Origin: Waddliaceae bacterium
GTDB taxonomy: Bacteria; Chlamydiota; Chlamydiia; Chlamydiales; SLFE01
Length of the DNA stretch: 64,000 bases
Direction of reading: 5' to 3'
Assembly (NCBI GenBank): GCA_963771045.1
Contig: CAVYRW010000004.1
Location: 1,824,001-1,888,000, forward strand
Position numbers and translations under genes: made by a program. Of the stretch, positions 8,291 through 18,054 are shown piece after piece (positions within the stretch are counted from its first letter, which is position 1; every line of letters starts with the position of its first letter). The notes beneath the pieces are model-generated. The model saw only the letters and a program-made list of their open reading frames with translations, was not told where the DNA came from and made no database searches.

Positions 8291-9658
8291 ATGGACAAGG
8301 CCCAAGCGCACAGTCAAGCCGTCTCCCATATTCAGGCCATTTTGCGGGATAGGCACCCGGTTTTAGGGCATGCTCAAGAAAAGCGCCATTCCAATATGAC
8401 CCAAAAAAAAGCCTCTAAAACAAGGCAGCTTGGCCTAAACTCTCTAAAAAACGTGCTGAAAATCAACCCCGATAAAAAAACCGTAGTAGCAGAGCCGGCA
8501 GTCACTATGGAAGAACTTGCCGCAGCGACTCTGCCCCTTGGACTCATTCCGCCCGTTATTCCCGAATTTAAAGGGATTACAATAGGCGGCGCAATCAATG
8601 GAGGAGCCCTTGAAAGCAGCTCGCATCGCTACGGACAATTCAACGATACCTGCCTCTCCTACGAAATCATGCTCGGCAATGGAGAAATTATCACCGCCTC
8701 TCCAAAAAACAATGCCGACCTTTACTGCGGAATGCCCGGCTCTTACGGAACACTCGGTTTTCTACTGTCAGCTGAAATTCAACTGATACCTGCCGCAGGG
8801 TGTATCGAATTAAATTGCCGCAAATTCTCATCCATCCATGAAACCGTTTCGTTTTTAAGAAATAATTCATTCGATTGGATGGAAGCGATCATTTTAAGCG
8901 GGGACAAATCTTTGGTGATTTGGGGATCGCAAACCGCTGATAAAACACCCTCTCTCAAGTTCTCCTCGTATCGGGATCCGTGGTTTTACTCTTATTGCGG
9001 CCTGAAGGAAAATTTTTGTGAAACGATCGCCTTTCAAGATTATTTTTTTCGGCATGATAGGGGAGCCTTTTGGATGGGAGGCTACGCCTTAAATCCCTCA
9101 TTTTTTTCCCGCTACTTTCTGCATAAAGCCGGCATTCCCAGCCGCCCGCCTCACTCGCTGCCGAAGAATCCCGGCCCACTTTTCCGGTCACTATTCGGAA
9201 GGATGTTCAGCAGCCAATCGCTCTATAGCAGGCTCCATGCCGACAATGATTGGTTTGAAACACAATTTGTGATTCAGGATTTTACCCTCCCTGAAGAAAA
9301 AGCGGCAGACTTCATCGATTACGTTATCAAACGATGGAAAATAAAACCCCTTTGGCTTTGCCCGATAAAATCAACAACCGCTCCGCAAATTTTCTCCGCG
9401 CACAAGCAGAGTAAAGAAGGCTTAGTATTCAATGTCGGCGTCTACGGAATGCCGTTTGGCGCCAAAGGGCCGGAGGCCGTGCGCGAGTTGGAGCAGCTAG
9501 CCTTTGAGCTCGGCGGTAAAAAACTGCTCTACAGTCTTAACTGCATGTCCGAAAATGAATTTTGGTCTCTATATCCTAAGGAAGCCTATTGCCGGCTTAG
9601 AGAAAAGCATCATTTTAACGGAGCTAGCCCAACAATAATTGACAAATTAATCTCTTGA
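8291..9658 (+). CDS. FAD-binding oxidoreductase, Delta(24)-sterol reductase (DHCR24)-like
   Basis: PVIPEFKGITIGGAINGGALESSSHRYGQF, GSYGTLG, DYFFRHDRGAFW, PLWLCP, NVGVYG, GGKKLLY match the DHCR24-like pattern; start at 8291 is a judgement (ORF opens at 8240). Confidence 0.75.
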   Translation: MDKAQAHSQAVSHIQAILRDRHPVLGHAQEKRHSNMTQKKASKTRQLGLNSLKNVLKINPDKKTVVAEPAVTMEELAAATLPLGLIPPVIPEFKGITIGGAINGGALESSSHRYGQFNDTCLSYEIMLGNGEIITASPKNNADLYCGMPGSYGTLGFLLSAEIQLIPAAGCIELNCRKFSSIHETVSFLRNNSFDWMEAIILSGDKSLVIWGSQTADKTPSLKFSSYRDPWFYSYCGLKENFCETIAFQDYFFRHDRGAFWMGGYALNPSFFSRYFLHKAGIPSRPPHSLPKNPGPLFRSLFGRMFSSQSLYSRLHADNDWFETQFVIQDFTLPEEKAADFIDYVIKRWKIKPLWLCPIKSTTAPQIFSAHKQSKEGLVFNVGVYGMPFGAKGPEAVRELEQLAFELGGKKLLYSLNCMSENEFWSLYPKEAYCRLREKHHFNGASPTIIDKLIS

Positions 9659-9666
9659 TGTACAAT
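9639..9666 (+). promoter_or_regulatory. Putative sigma70/sigma66 promoter of RND efflux operon
   Basis: TTGACA-N16-TACAAT, 26 nt upstream of ATG 9693. Confidence 0.6.
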
Positions 9667-9692
9667 TCAATTGAATACAGCTGAAAACTCAA

Positions 9693-11114
9693 ATGAAACT
9701 TAGTATTATCTTTATAGCATTGCTTTTTATATTAAGCAGCTGTAATCCAAGGGCCGCTATCGATCCCTGGAGCTACGCTCCTCCGTGCTACGATCGGAAC
9801 TGGAATCCGGCCCCCTGCCAGAAAGACGAGATCCCCAAGTGCCTTCTGATGGAATCGGCCGAGTGCGATGAGGGCTGCGTGGAAAACAATACCACTCTGT
9901 GCGACCTTATCGATTTGGCTCTAAGAAAAAGCCCCGCCACAAAAATCACCTGGGCCAAGGCAAGAATCGCCGCCTCCGAGTATGGAATCGGACAATCCCC
10001 TTTTTATCCCGAACTGGACTTCGACACGTTTTGGCTGGCAATTAAAACGCCGGGATTTTTTGGAGGCAGTGAATTTAGCGTCAACACGTTTCAGGAGTAT
10101 GCCCCCTATCTTAGCCTCAGTTATCTGGTTTGGGATTTTGGAACGACAAGAGCGCAAAGCCAAGCCCTCTACCAAAGCCTGCTGGCTGCCAATTGGAGCC
10201 ATAATCAGGAAATTCAAAGGCTCATGACCGACGTCACTCTCGACTATTATACATACATCACCGATCAGGAAAAACTCCTGGCAGGCGTGGCGAACCTGCA
10301 TGATGCCGAAACGACATTAAACGCGACCGAAGCCAAGCACGGACGGGGAATTACCAATATCACAGATGTTCTGACAGCAAAAACGGAATTGGCCAAGCAG
10401 ACCATTCAGCTCATTACGGATGAACAGGCTGTTGCCGATTCTCTGGCGATGCTTTTAGCTGAAACCGGCCTTCCTGCAAATGCCTGCATCCATGTGGAAA
10501 GCTTCGCCGATTGCATTGACGAAGATGAGTTTCTCACGTCGGTGGACAACTTCATTTGCCTTGCCTACGAAGCGAGGCCGGACCTCTACTCGGCCTATGC
10601 GAGGGTCTTGTCCGACGAGGCCAACCTGAAAGCCGCCCAAAGGCAGCAGCTTCCCCAAGTGACTTTCAATGGAGATGTCGGAGAATACTTTTTCAATCCA
10701 GGAAACTTAAGCGATTATGGATACAATGCCACGTTTTCTTTAAATTTTCCCATTTTCCAGGGATGGTATTACAAAAACCAGATCCGGGAAGCCAAGGCCG
10801 AACTGCAGCTTTCGCAAGCAGAGCTAAGAGCCGTTGAAGTGCAGATGGTCAAAGACGTTGTGACTAGTTATCAGGACTTTTATTTCGCAACCGATCTTGT
10901 AAAAGTCAATAAAGAATATGTCTGCCTCGCAGAAGAAACATTCAACGCCAACCTCGCAGAATATAAAATGGGAACGATTGACATAACAACTTTGGTCAAT
11001 TCCCAAACGAACCTGGCCGATGCCCGGTATTCCCTGGCAGACGCCAAAAAACAGTGGTATGACGCCCTGGCCAATCTCACATTTGCAACAGGAACCGTCA
11101 CAAGATGCAGGTAG
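9693..11114 (+). CDS. TolC-family outer-membrane efflux lipoprotein
   Basis: Lipobox LSSC, LIDLALRKSP, RPDL, SLNFPIF; upstream of MFP and RND genes. Confidence 0.88.
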   Translation: MKLSIIFIALLFILSSCNPRAAIDPWSYAPPCYDRNWNPAPCQKDEIPKCLLMESAECDEGCVENNTTLCDLIDLALRKSPATKITWAKARIAASEYGIGQSPFYPELDFDTFWLAIKTPGFFGGSEFSVNTFQEYAPYLSLSYLVWDFGTTRAQSQALYQSLLAANWSHNQEIQRLMTDVTLDYYTYITDQEKLLAGVANLHDAETTLNATEAKHGRGITNITDVLTAKTELAKQTIQLITDEQAVADSLAMLLAETGLPANACIHVESFADCIDEDEFLTSVDNFICLAYEARPDLYSAYARVLSDEANLKAAQRQQLPQVTFNGDVGEYFFNPGNLSDYGYNATFSLNFPIFQGWYYKNQIREAKAELQLSQAELRAVEVQMVKDVVTSYQDFYFATDLVKVNKEYVCLAEETFNANLAEYKMGTIDITTLVNSQTNLADARYSLADAKKQWYDALANLTFATGTVTRCR

Positions 11115-11118
11115 AAAT

Positions 11119-12225
11119 ATGAAAAAAATCCTCAGTCTCATTCTGCTTATCGCCGTTTTTTCGGCTTGCGAGAAAACTGAGACGAAAACAAAACCAATCC
11201 CTTATGTCGAGCTCGGAGACGCCGTTTCCAAAACCGTCCCCTACATGATCGACACCATCGGCAATACTGCCGCCTACCAATCGGTCGACATACAGCCCCA
11301 GGTAAGCGGCGAGCTCATCGGATACTTTTTCGCCGACGGCCAGGACGTCGAAGGGGGAGACCTGCTCTTCACAATCGATCCCAACCTCTACGAAGCCGAG
11401 CTGGAAGAGGCCAAAGGGCAGTACATCCAGTCGAAGGCCCAGCTCAGATACAATGAAGACAAGGTCGCCAGATACACTCCGCTCACTGCCGAAGATTACG
11501 TCTCGGCGCTCGATTACGACGAGTATGTCTCCAATGTCAAAGAAGCTAAAGGAATGGTCATTCAATCCAAAGGCGCCGTCGATAAAGCCAATGTCAATTT
11601 GGGCTACTGCACAATCGCTGCGCCGTTTAGCGGAAGATGCGGCAGGCATTTGATCGATCCGGGAAATATCGTCCATCCCGAAGATGGAATGCCGCTTTTG
11701 ACAATCAACATGATCTCTCCGATCTACGCCATGATCTCCATTCCCGAAAAGTATTTTTTCGATATGATGAAGTACAACAAAAAAGCCGAAGAAGGACTCA
11801 AAGTGACCATCTCTGTCATCGGTAATGAAAGTGTCAAACACCGCGGACGCCTCGACTTTGTCAACAATACAGTCGATTCCAAATCGGGCACTTTGACAGT
11901 CAGGGCCGTATTTCCCAATAAAGACAAATCCCTCTGGCCCGGGCAGTTTCTGCACGCTAATATCGAGCTATATGAAATTCCAAATGCCGTTTTGGTTCCC
12001 GAAGAGGCCGTCGGCCTTGACACAAAAGGAAACTATATCTTTGTCGCCGACGAAAAAAATAAAACCGTTCAAAAGAGATCGGTCACCCTGGGACAAAATA
12101 TAAGCCGGATGCGGGTGATCTCAAAAGGAGTCAAAGCGGGAGAAAAGGTAGTGATAAACGGTCAGCTTGGCTTAAACGACGGCTCAAAATACCAGCTGAA
12201 GCAAGAGGAGAAAACCTCTACATGA
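11119..12225 (+). CDS. RND efflux periplasmic adaptor (MdtA/AcrA-like lipoprotein)
   Basis: Lipobox FSAC, IQPQVSGEL, GQDVEGGDLLFTIDP, TIAAPFSG, LWPGQF. Confidence 0.92.
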   Translation: MKKILSLILLIAVFSACEKTETKTKPIPYVELGDAVSKTVPYMIDTIGNTAAYQSVDIQPQVSGELIGYFFADGQDVEGGDLLFTIDPNLYEAELEEAKGQYIQSKAQLRYNEDKVARYTPLTAEDYVSALDYDEYVSNVKEAKGMVIQSKGAVDKANVNLGYCTIAAPFSGRCGRHLIDPGNIVHPEDGMPLLTINMISPIYAMISIPEKYFFDMMKYNKKAEEGLKVTISVIGNESVKHRGRLDFVNNTVDSKSGTLTVRAVFPNKDKSLWPGQFLHANIELYEIPNAVLVPEEAVGLDTKGNYIFVADEKNKTVQKRSVTLGQNISRMRVISKGVKAGEKVVINGQLGLNDGSKYQLKQEEKTST

Positions 12226-15200
12226 ACCTGTCGGAACCCTTCATACGCCGCCCTGTAATGACGACTCTGGTGATGTCGGGACTTCTCATCTTCGGCATCA
12301 TGGCGTATTTCAAACTGCCGATCAGCGACCTTCCCAGCATCGCCTATCCCACAATCCTCGTGAATGCCTCGAATCCGGGCATGGACCCTGAAACAATGGC
12401 CTCGAATGTCGCCACCCCTTTAGAACAGCAGCTCATGCAAATTGAAGGAATCCAGTCGATTTTGTCCACATCAAACAACGGTCAAACGAAAATCATTCTC
12501 CTGTTTGATCTCAGCAAAGATATCGACGAAGCCTCGACCGATGTCAGCGCGGCGCTGACCAGGGCTCAAGGAAACCTCCCTCCGGAAATGCCCAATCCGC
12601 CGACCTATAGGAAAACCAATCCGTCGGACGCTCCTGTGCTGTACATTTCCGTCTCCTCTGAAACCGCAACCCTCGGGGATCTGTACGATTACGCCAACAA
12701 CGGGGTGGCCCAAAGGGCTTCCATGATATCGGGAGTCTCCCAGGTACAGGTATACGGAAGCCCCAGGGCTACCAGAGTCAAAGTCAATCCCGACAAACTC
12801 GCCGCCATGAACCTCGGCTTAAACGAAGTGACTCAAGCTGTCGTCAATGCCAATCAATCGCTTCCCTCAGGAACCGTCTATGACAAGTACCTCTCGTATA
12901 CATTGAATCCCTTAGGACAAGTGCTGAGCGGCCCCGATTACAACGATGTCATCGTCGCCCAAAGAAACGGCAATCCTATTTATATCAAGGACATCGGCGA
13001 AGGGATCGACAGTACAGCCAACGAGTATTATTACTTCCGCTACTGGAACAGGGAAGCTGGAGAAAAGCCCGCCAACGTCGTTGCCATCACAAAGCAAAGC
13101 GGCTTCAACACTGTTAAACTCTGCGACACAATCCGGGGTATGCTCCCCGAATTCGAGGCTTCGCTACCCGCTTCGGTCAATCTGGACGTCCTCTACGACG
13201 CCTCGATCGCCATCAATGAGTCGATCAATGATGTGAAATTTACGCTGCTTTTAGCGTTCATACTGGTTGTTTTGGTCATTTTTCTTTTTCTCGGCAACAT
13301 GTCCACAACCATTATTCCGAGCGTTGCCCTTCCCATGGCGATCATCGGCACATTTGCCGTCATGCTGATCAACGGCTACAGCATCGATATTCTTTCCATG
13401 ATGGGACTCACGCTTGTCGTCGGATTTTTAGTCGACGATGCCATCGTGGTTTTAGAAAATATCGTCCGCCATATGGACATGGGAAAACCTCCTTTTGAAG
13501 CAGCTCTTGACGGCTCAAAGCAAATCAGCAGCACCGTTCTTTCCATGACCCTGTCGCTGAGCGCGGTTTTTATCCCCGTGATTTTTATGCCGGGCATCAT
13601 TGGCCGGCTGTTTCACGAGTTCGGCATGGTCGTTGTCATCGCCGTTCTCTTTTCGGGAATGATATCGCTCACGCTGACGCCGATGCTCTGCTCGCGGTTT
13701 TTAAGGCCCTCGCAAGACTCGAGAATTCAAAAATTTGCAAATAAAGTCATGAATACCATGATCGGATGGTATTCACCGGCGCTCAAGTGGGTTTTGAAAC
13801 ACCCCCTCGTTCCCTTGGTTGCCGCAGCGGCTTCCTTCCTTGTCGCCCTCTGGCTTTTTACAGTTATCCCCCAGGACTTTCTCCCCGCCGGCGACACCGG
13901 AGCCATCAGGGGGCTGACTGTCGCTCCCCAAAATGTGAGCCTCCATTCCATGGCGGCTTTGCAAAACAACCTCACCAACCAGCTCAAACAAAACCCTTAT
14001 ATTGAAAACATCATCTCCGTTGCCAATCTCCCCGAAGTCGAGCCGGCAAATCAGGGAATCATCTTCGTATCGCTTGTCGACAGCAGCAAAAGACCCGGAA
14101 TTCAAACGGTCATGCAGCAGATCAATACGCTCATCCATAAAGTTGTTGGAATCGACGCCTTCCTCACACCCATCCCGCAAATCAACTTAAGCGTCGGAAC
14201 AGGCGTCCAGCAGGGCAATTACTCCTATGCCCTCTCCACTTTACTGGATCCTCAGGAACTTTATGAATCGGCCTTCAAGTTGACCCAAAAGCTCAAAGAA
14301 TATCCCGAGCTGGCAAGCGTCAGCAGCGATATGCAAATCATGAGCCCGCAACTCAATGTCACAATGCAAAGAGACCAGGCCTCGAATTTCGGCATCAGCA
14401 TTAAAGATATTGAAACGGCTTTTGCCGAAGGCTACAGCGGCATGAGGGTCTCAACCTACAACACTCCGCTCAATATCTACAACATTGTTGTGGAAATGGA
14501 AGACGACTACAAACTGGATCCGCAAGCGCTGAAAAAAATCCGGCTGAAATCAACTGACCCTAATGCCGAACTTGTCCCTTTGGAATCTGTCGCCGACTGG
14601 AAGGTCGTAACAGGCCCCATTTCCGTCAATCACACCGACCAGGCCACATCAGCTACGATCTTTTTCAATCTCGCACCGAACGCTGCTCTGGGAACTGTGA
14701 TCCAAAAAATCGAAAAAAACGCGAAAGAAATTTTACCCGAAACGATACTGCGCAGCTTTCAAGGCGAGGCAAGCATTTTCAAGGGAACAATGGGATCGAT
14801 GAGCGTCCTTCTTGTTATCGGAGTCTTGGTTATTTATCTTCTCCTCGGAAGCTTATACGAGAGCTTTATCCACCCCATCACGATTCTCTCGACTCTTCCC
14901 GGAGCTCTCTTTGGGGGATTGATCACGCTTCTTGTTTTCGGGGCGACGCTTTCGCTCTATGCGTATGTCGGGATGATCGTGCTGATCGGGATCGTGATGA
15001 AAAACGGGATCATGATGATCGAGTTTGCCATCGAGGAAATCGAGCATGGGAAAACTCCGGAAGAGGCGGCCGTTTCTGCCGCGGAAGTCAGGTTCCGTCC
15101 CATCCTTATGACAACTGTCGCCGCCGCCATGGGCGCCGTCCCTATAGCCCTTGGCTTCGGCGCCGACGCCGCGTCCCGAAGACCCCTCGGCCTTGTCATA

Positions 15201-15308
15201 CTCGGAGGCCTTATATTTGCTCAGTTCATCACTTACTTCTTCACTCCTGTCGTCTATATCTACCTGGAAAAACTTCAGGAAAAACTCAAAAAGAAAAAGA
15301 ACTCTTAA
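12222..15308 (+). CDS. RND efflux permease (MdtB/MdtC-like, AcrB family)
   Basis: MNLSEPFIRRPV, VATPLE, GFLVDDAIVVLENI, KNGIMMIEFA, RFRPILMTT. Confidence 0.95.
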   Translation: MNLSEPFIRRPVMTTLVMSGLLIFGIMAYFKLPISDLPSIAYPTILVNASNPGMDPETMASNVATPLEQQLMQIEGIQSILSTSNNGQTKIILLFDLSKDIDEASTDVSAALTRAQGNLPPEMPNPPTYRKTNPSDAPVLYISVSSETATLGDLYDYANNGVAQRASMISGVSQVQVYGSPRATRVKVNPDKLAAMNLGLNEVTQAVVNANQSLPSGTVYDKYLSYTLNPLGQVLSGPDYNDVIVAQRNGNPIYIKDIGEGIDSTANEYYYFRYWNREAGEKPANVVAITKQSGFNTVKLCDTIRGMLPEFEASLPASVNLDVLYDASIAINESINDVKFTLLLAFILVVLVIFLFLGNMSTTIIPSVALPMAIIGTFAVMLINGYSIDILSMMGLTLVVGFLVDDAIVVLENIVRHMDMGKPPFEAALDGSKQISSTVLSMTLSLSAVFIPVIFMPGIIGRLFHEFGMVVVIAVLFSGMISLTLTPMLCSRFLRPSQDSRIQKFANKVMNTMIGWYSPALKWVLKHPLVPLVAAAASFLVALWLFTVIPQDFLPAGDTGAIRGLTVAPQNVSLHSMAALQNNLTNQLKQNPYIENIISVANLPEVEPANQGIIFVSLVDSSKRPGIQTVMQQINTLIHKVVGIDAFLTPIPQINLSVGTGVQQGNYSYALSTLLDPQELYESAFKLTQKLKEYPELASVSSDMQIMSPQLNVTMQRDQASNFGISIKDIETAFAEGYSGMRVSTYNTPLNIYNIVVEMEDDYKLDPQALKKIRLKSTDPNAELVPLESVADWKVVTGPISVNHTDQATSATIFFNLAPNAALGTVIQKIEKNAKEILPETILRSFQGEASIFKGTMGSMSVLLVIGVLVIYLLLGSLYESFIHPITILSTLPGALFGGLITLLVFGATLSLYAYVGMIVLIGIVMKNGIMMIEFAIEEIEHGKTPEEAAVSAAEVRFRPILMTTVAAAMGAVPIALGFGADAASRRPLGLVILGGLIFAQFITYFFTPVVYIYLEKLQEKLKKKKNS

Positions 15309-15360
15309 CATAAAAAAACTTTTTTTTTAATATGATTTCGAAGATTTTTTCGGGATTGTC

Positions 15361-16203
15361 ATGCGAAGCTGGTTTTTAATATTTGTTTTTTTGTTCTCAT
15401 ATCTTGATGCGAAATCCTACCAATTAACAAACGATCCTATCGATATCGTGATTCCCTGCTGCGGCAAAGATATCGAAGTGCTTGATCTTTGCATTGAAGG
15501 CGCCAAAGAGAATGTAGCCAATTTTCGGCGTATCATTGTCGTCTCTGCCGAAAAATACACAGATAACGCCGAATGGTTCGATGAAAATGACTACCCCTTT
15601 TCACTTCGCGATGTCGCGCATGAATTGATTGACAACGACAATAAAGCCGAAAAATATTTAAAGTACGGAGGCCGCGTCGGATGGTATTTCCAACAGCTTC
15701 TGAAACTTTATGCGCACCTTGTCATTCCTGGACTTTCTGCGAACGTCCTGATCCTTGACGCGGACACGATCTTTTTAAAGCCGGTCTCTTTTTTAAATGA
15801 GCAAAACGGAGGATTGTACGCAACCGCTAGCAGTATGCACCCCCCATATTTCAAACATATGAAAAAGCTGATTCCCGATTTCGGCCCAGTTTATGAAAAC
15901 GTATCCGGCATTGCTCATCATATGCTCTTTCAAAAAGCCATTATCCTGGACCTGTTGCAAACCATCGAAGGGATCCACCAAATCGAAGCGTGGAAGATCC
16001 TTTGCCGCCTGGTTGACAACAAAAGTTTGTACTACTCGGGATTTTCGGAATACGAAATTTACTTTAACTTCGTCTTTTCTCAAACCGACCAGATAGAAAT
16101 CCGCCCGTTAAACTTCCGGGATATTGCCCGATTAAAAGATATTCCCTACTGGAAAAAACAAGGATACGATTTTGTGTCATGTCATTCATATATGAGAGAA
16201 TAA
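15361..16203 (+). CDS. Exported glycosyltransferase-like protein (GT-A; DUF6492-like)
   Basis: Signal peptide; IDIVIP, GWYFQQLLKL, LILDADT (DxD), FSEYEIY. Confidence 0.6.
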   Translation: MRSWFLIFVFLFSYLDAKSYQLTNDPIDIVIPCCGKDIEVLDLCIEGAKENVANFRRIIVVSAEKYTDNAEWFDENDYPFSLRDVAHELIDNDNKAEKYLKYGGRVGWYFQQLLKLYAHLVIPGLSANVLILDADTIFLKPVSFLNEQNGGLYATASSMHPPYFKHMKKLIPDFGPVYENVSGIAHHMLFQKAIILDLLQTIEGIHQIEAWKILCRLVDNKSLYYSGFSEYEIYFNFVFSQTDQIEIRPLNFRDIARLKDIPYWKKQGYDFVSCHSYMRE

Positions 16204-17156
16204 ATAAATTTTTTTTCCTTATTGCCTGCCTTTGTTCCCTTCTCTTTGGCGAGGAGTTTTGCATTGTCTATGTTCATATCGGCGATACCATTCCCGAGTA
16301 TGCCCATGATGCCATTTCCCAGGCGGCATTATTCAATCCCGAGTGCCCCGTTTACATGCTGGCATCTCAAGAGGCGCTAGGCAAATTTGACGATCCCATA
16401 GCGATCGGCATCCCCCTTGAAGAGCTGGAAATGTCCGAGCACCATAAAGGCTTTTTAAACGACTATCCCATTAAAGACGGACTCTTCCTTTTTTCTCTCG
16501 AGAGGTTCTTTTATCTCGAAGAATTTATGAGTCAGTTCAATCAAAACCACGTCTTTCACTTTGAATACGACAACATGCTTTATGCCGACTTAAACGAGCT
16601 CCTCCCTATTTTTCAGCAGTGCTATCCTCAGGCCGCGGTTCCATTCGATAATGACGAAAGAGCCATACCCGGAATTGTCTATATCTCTTCGCCGAAGTCC
16701 ATGACATGCCTGGCAGCCTTCATCTCGGATTACGCCTCCAAACGCTTTTATGACATGTACATGCTCGGGTATTATAAAAATGTGACGGAAAAGACAGGAA
16801 TCGATCACCTGCCGATCATTCACAAAAGCTACACCGAAGAAAACGCACTTATCAGTCCACGTAAACACATAGCAAAAAAACCCGAGGATTACAGCCGCAA
16901 CATAGAAAAGTTCAACTCAATTTTTGACGCCGCTGCCATCGGCCAATATCTTGGCGGGATTGATCCGAGTTATAATAAAAACTCAGAGCCCGGCTTTATT
17001 AACGAAAGCTGCGTTTTCAACCCATCGAAACTGATATATATTTGGGAAGAAGATGCCCTTGGGAGAAAAGTCCCCTACGCAATTTACAAAAAAGAGAAAA
17101 GACGAATCAACAACATTCATGTTCACTGTAAAAATTTGAAAAAATTTGCCTCATGA
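16179..17156 (+). CDS. Exported conserved hypothetical protein, glycosyltransferase-like
   Basis: Signal-like N-terminus; ERFFYL, HFEYDNMLY (ExD), FDAAAIGQYLGG, NIHVHCK; exact start uncertain. Confidence 0.5.
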   Translation: MSFIYERINKFFFLIACLCSLLFGEEFCIVYVHIGDTIPEYAHDAISQAALFNPECPVYMLASQEALGKFDDPIAIGIPLEELEMSEHHKGFLNDYPIKDGLFLFSLERFFYLEEFMSQFNQNHVFHFEYDNMLYADLNELLPIFQQCYPQAAVPFDNDERAIPGIVYISSPKSMTCLAAFISDYASKRFYDMYMLGYYKNVTEKTGIDHLPIIHKSYTEENALISPRKHIAKKPEDYSRNIEKFNSIFDAAAIGQYLGGIDPSYNKNSEPGFINESCVFNPSKLIYIWEEDALGRKVPYAIYKKEKRRINNIHVHCKNLKKFAS

Positions 17157-17947
17157 AACACGTAATTGGAATACTCTTGCTTTTTTTGCCATTAGACGCA
17201 AGTGCCGCATCAGATGTCATTACAGGCAACAAGTTTAAATCTTTATGCAAGTACTGCTTTGACGAGCATGGATTTAAAGTGAATGATTCAGCAAACAACA
17301 ACCTATGGTTTGTCAAAACAGATATGCTGCCGCAGTTTTTTCAAAATTTCATGCCCGCTGAGGACTATATTCTGGTGTCCCACAACGCCGACCATGGAGT
17401 TACCAATGACTTTCACCCCTATCTCGATATGCCGAACCTCATCCATTGGTATGGACAGAATATTGAAACGCGCCATCCGAAACTCACCTCAATCCCTATC
17501 GGCCTTTGCAATTTTGCCAATCACAAATTGATGAAAAAGGCTCAGGAAGCCAATTATCCCAAAAAAACACTGGTTTATGCCAACTATTCGACCTCGACAA
17601 ATTCAGAGGAAAGGAATAGGTGTCTTGAAAAGACGGGGGTTCCCCTTGCAAGAAGAAAAAATTTTAAGAAATTTTTAAAAGAAATGGCCATGTCTTATTT
17701 TGTCATCTCTCCTAACGGCAATGGCGTCGACTGCCACCGAACCTGGGAAGCCCTCTACCTCAAAGCCATACCCATTGTGACAAGGAGCATCAATTCCGAA
17801 TTCTACGCCGGCTTGCCGATCATCATTTTAGATAGCTGGGAAGATTTTAAAAATCTGGAGCTTAGCGAAGAACTCTATTATGAACTTTGGGGGGATTTCG
17901 ATCCCGACAGTTTGACGGTGGACTCTTATATAACCGATATAAAATAA
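17153..17947 (+). CDS. Exported exostosin (GT47)-like protein
   Basis: Signal peptide; FVISPNGNGVDCHRTWEALYLKAIPIV; ATGA overlap with the previous gene. Confidence 0.6.
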   Translation: MKHVIGILLLFLPLDASAASDVITGNKFKSLCKYCFDEHGFKVNDSANNNLWFVKTDMLPQFFQNFMPAEDYILVSHNADHGVTNDFHPYLDMPNLIHWYGQNIETRHPKLTSIPIGLCNFANHKLMKKAQEANYPKKTLVYANYSTSTNSEERNRCLEKTGVPLARRKNFKKFLKEMAMSYFVISPNGNGVDCHRTWEALYLKAIPIVTRSINSEFYAGLPIIILDSWEDFKNLELSEELYYELWGDFDPDSLTVDSYITDIK

Positions 17948-18054
17948 ACAACTTATGGTTGAAAATCAACCAGCTAATGGTTAATATTCAAAAGCTATTC
18001 TTGCTGTATCAAGTGAGCGCTGGCAGATACCCCTGTAGTATTCCCAAAGAACTG

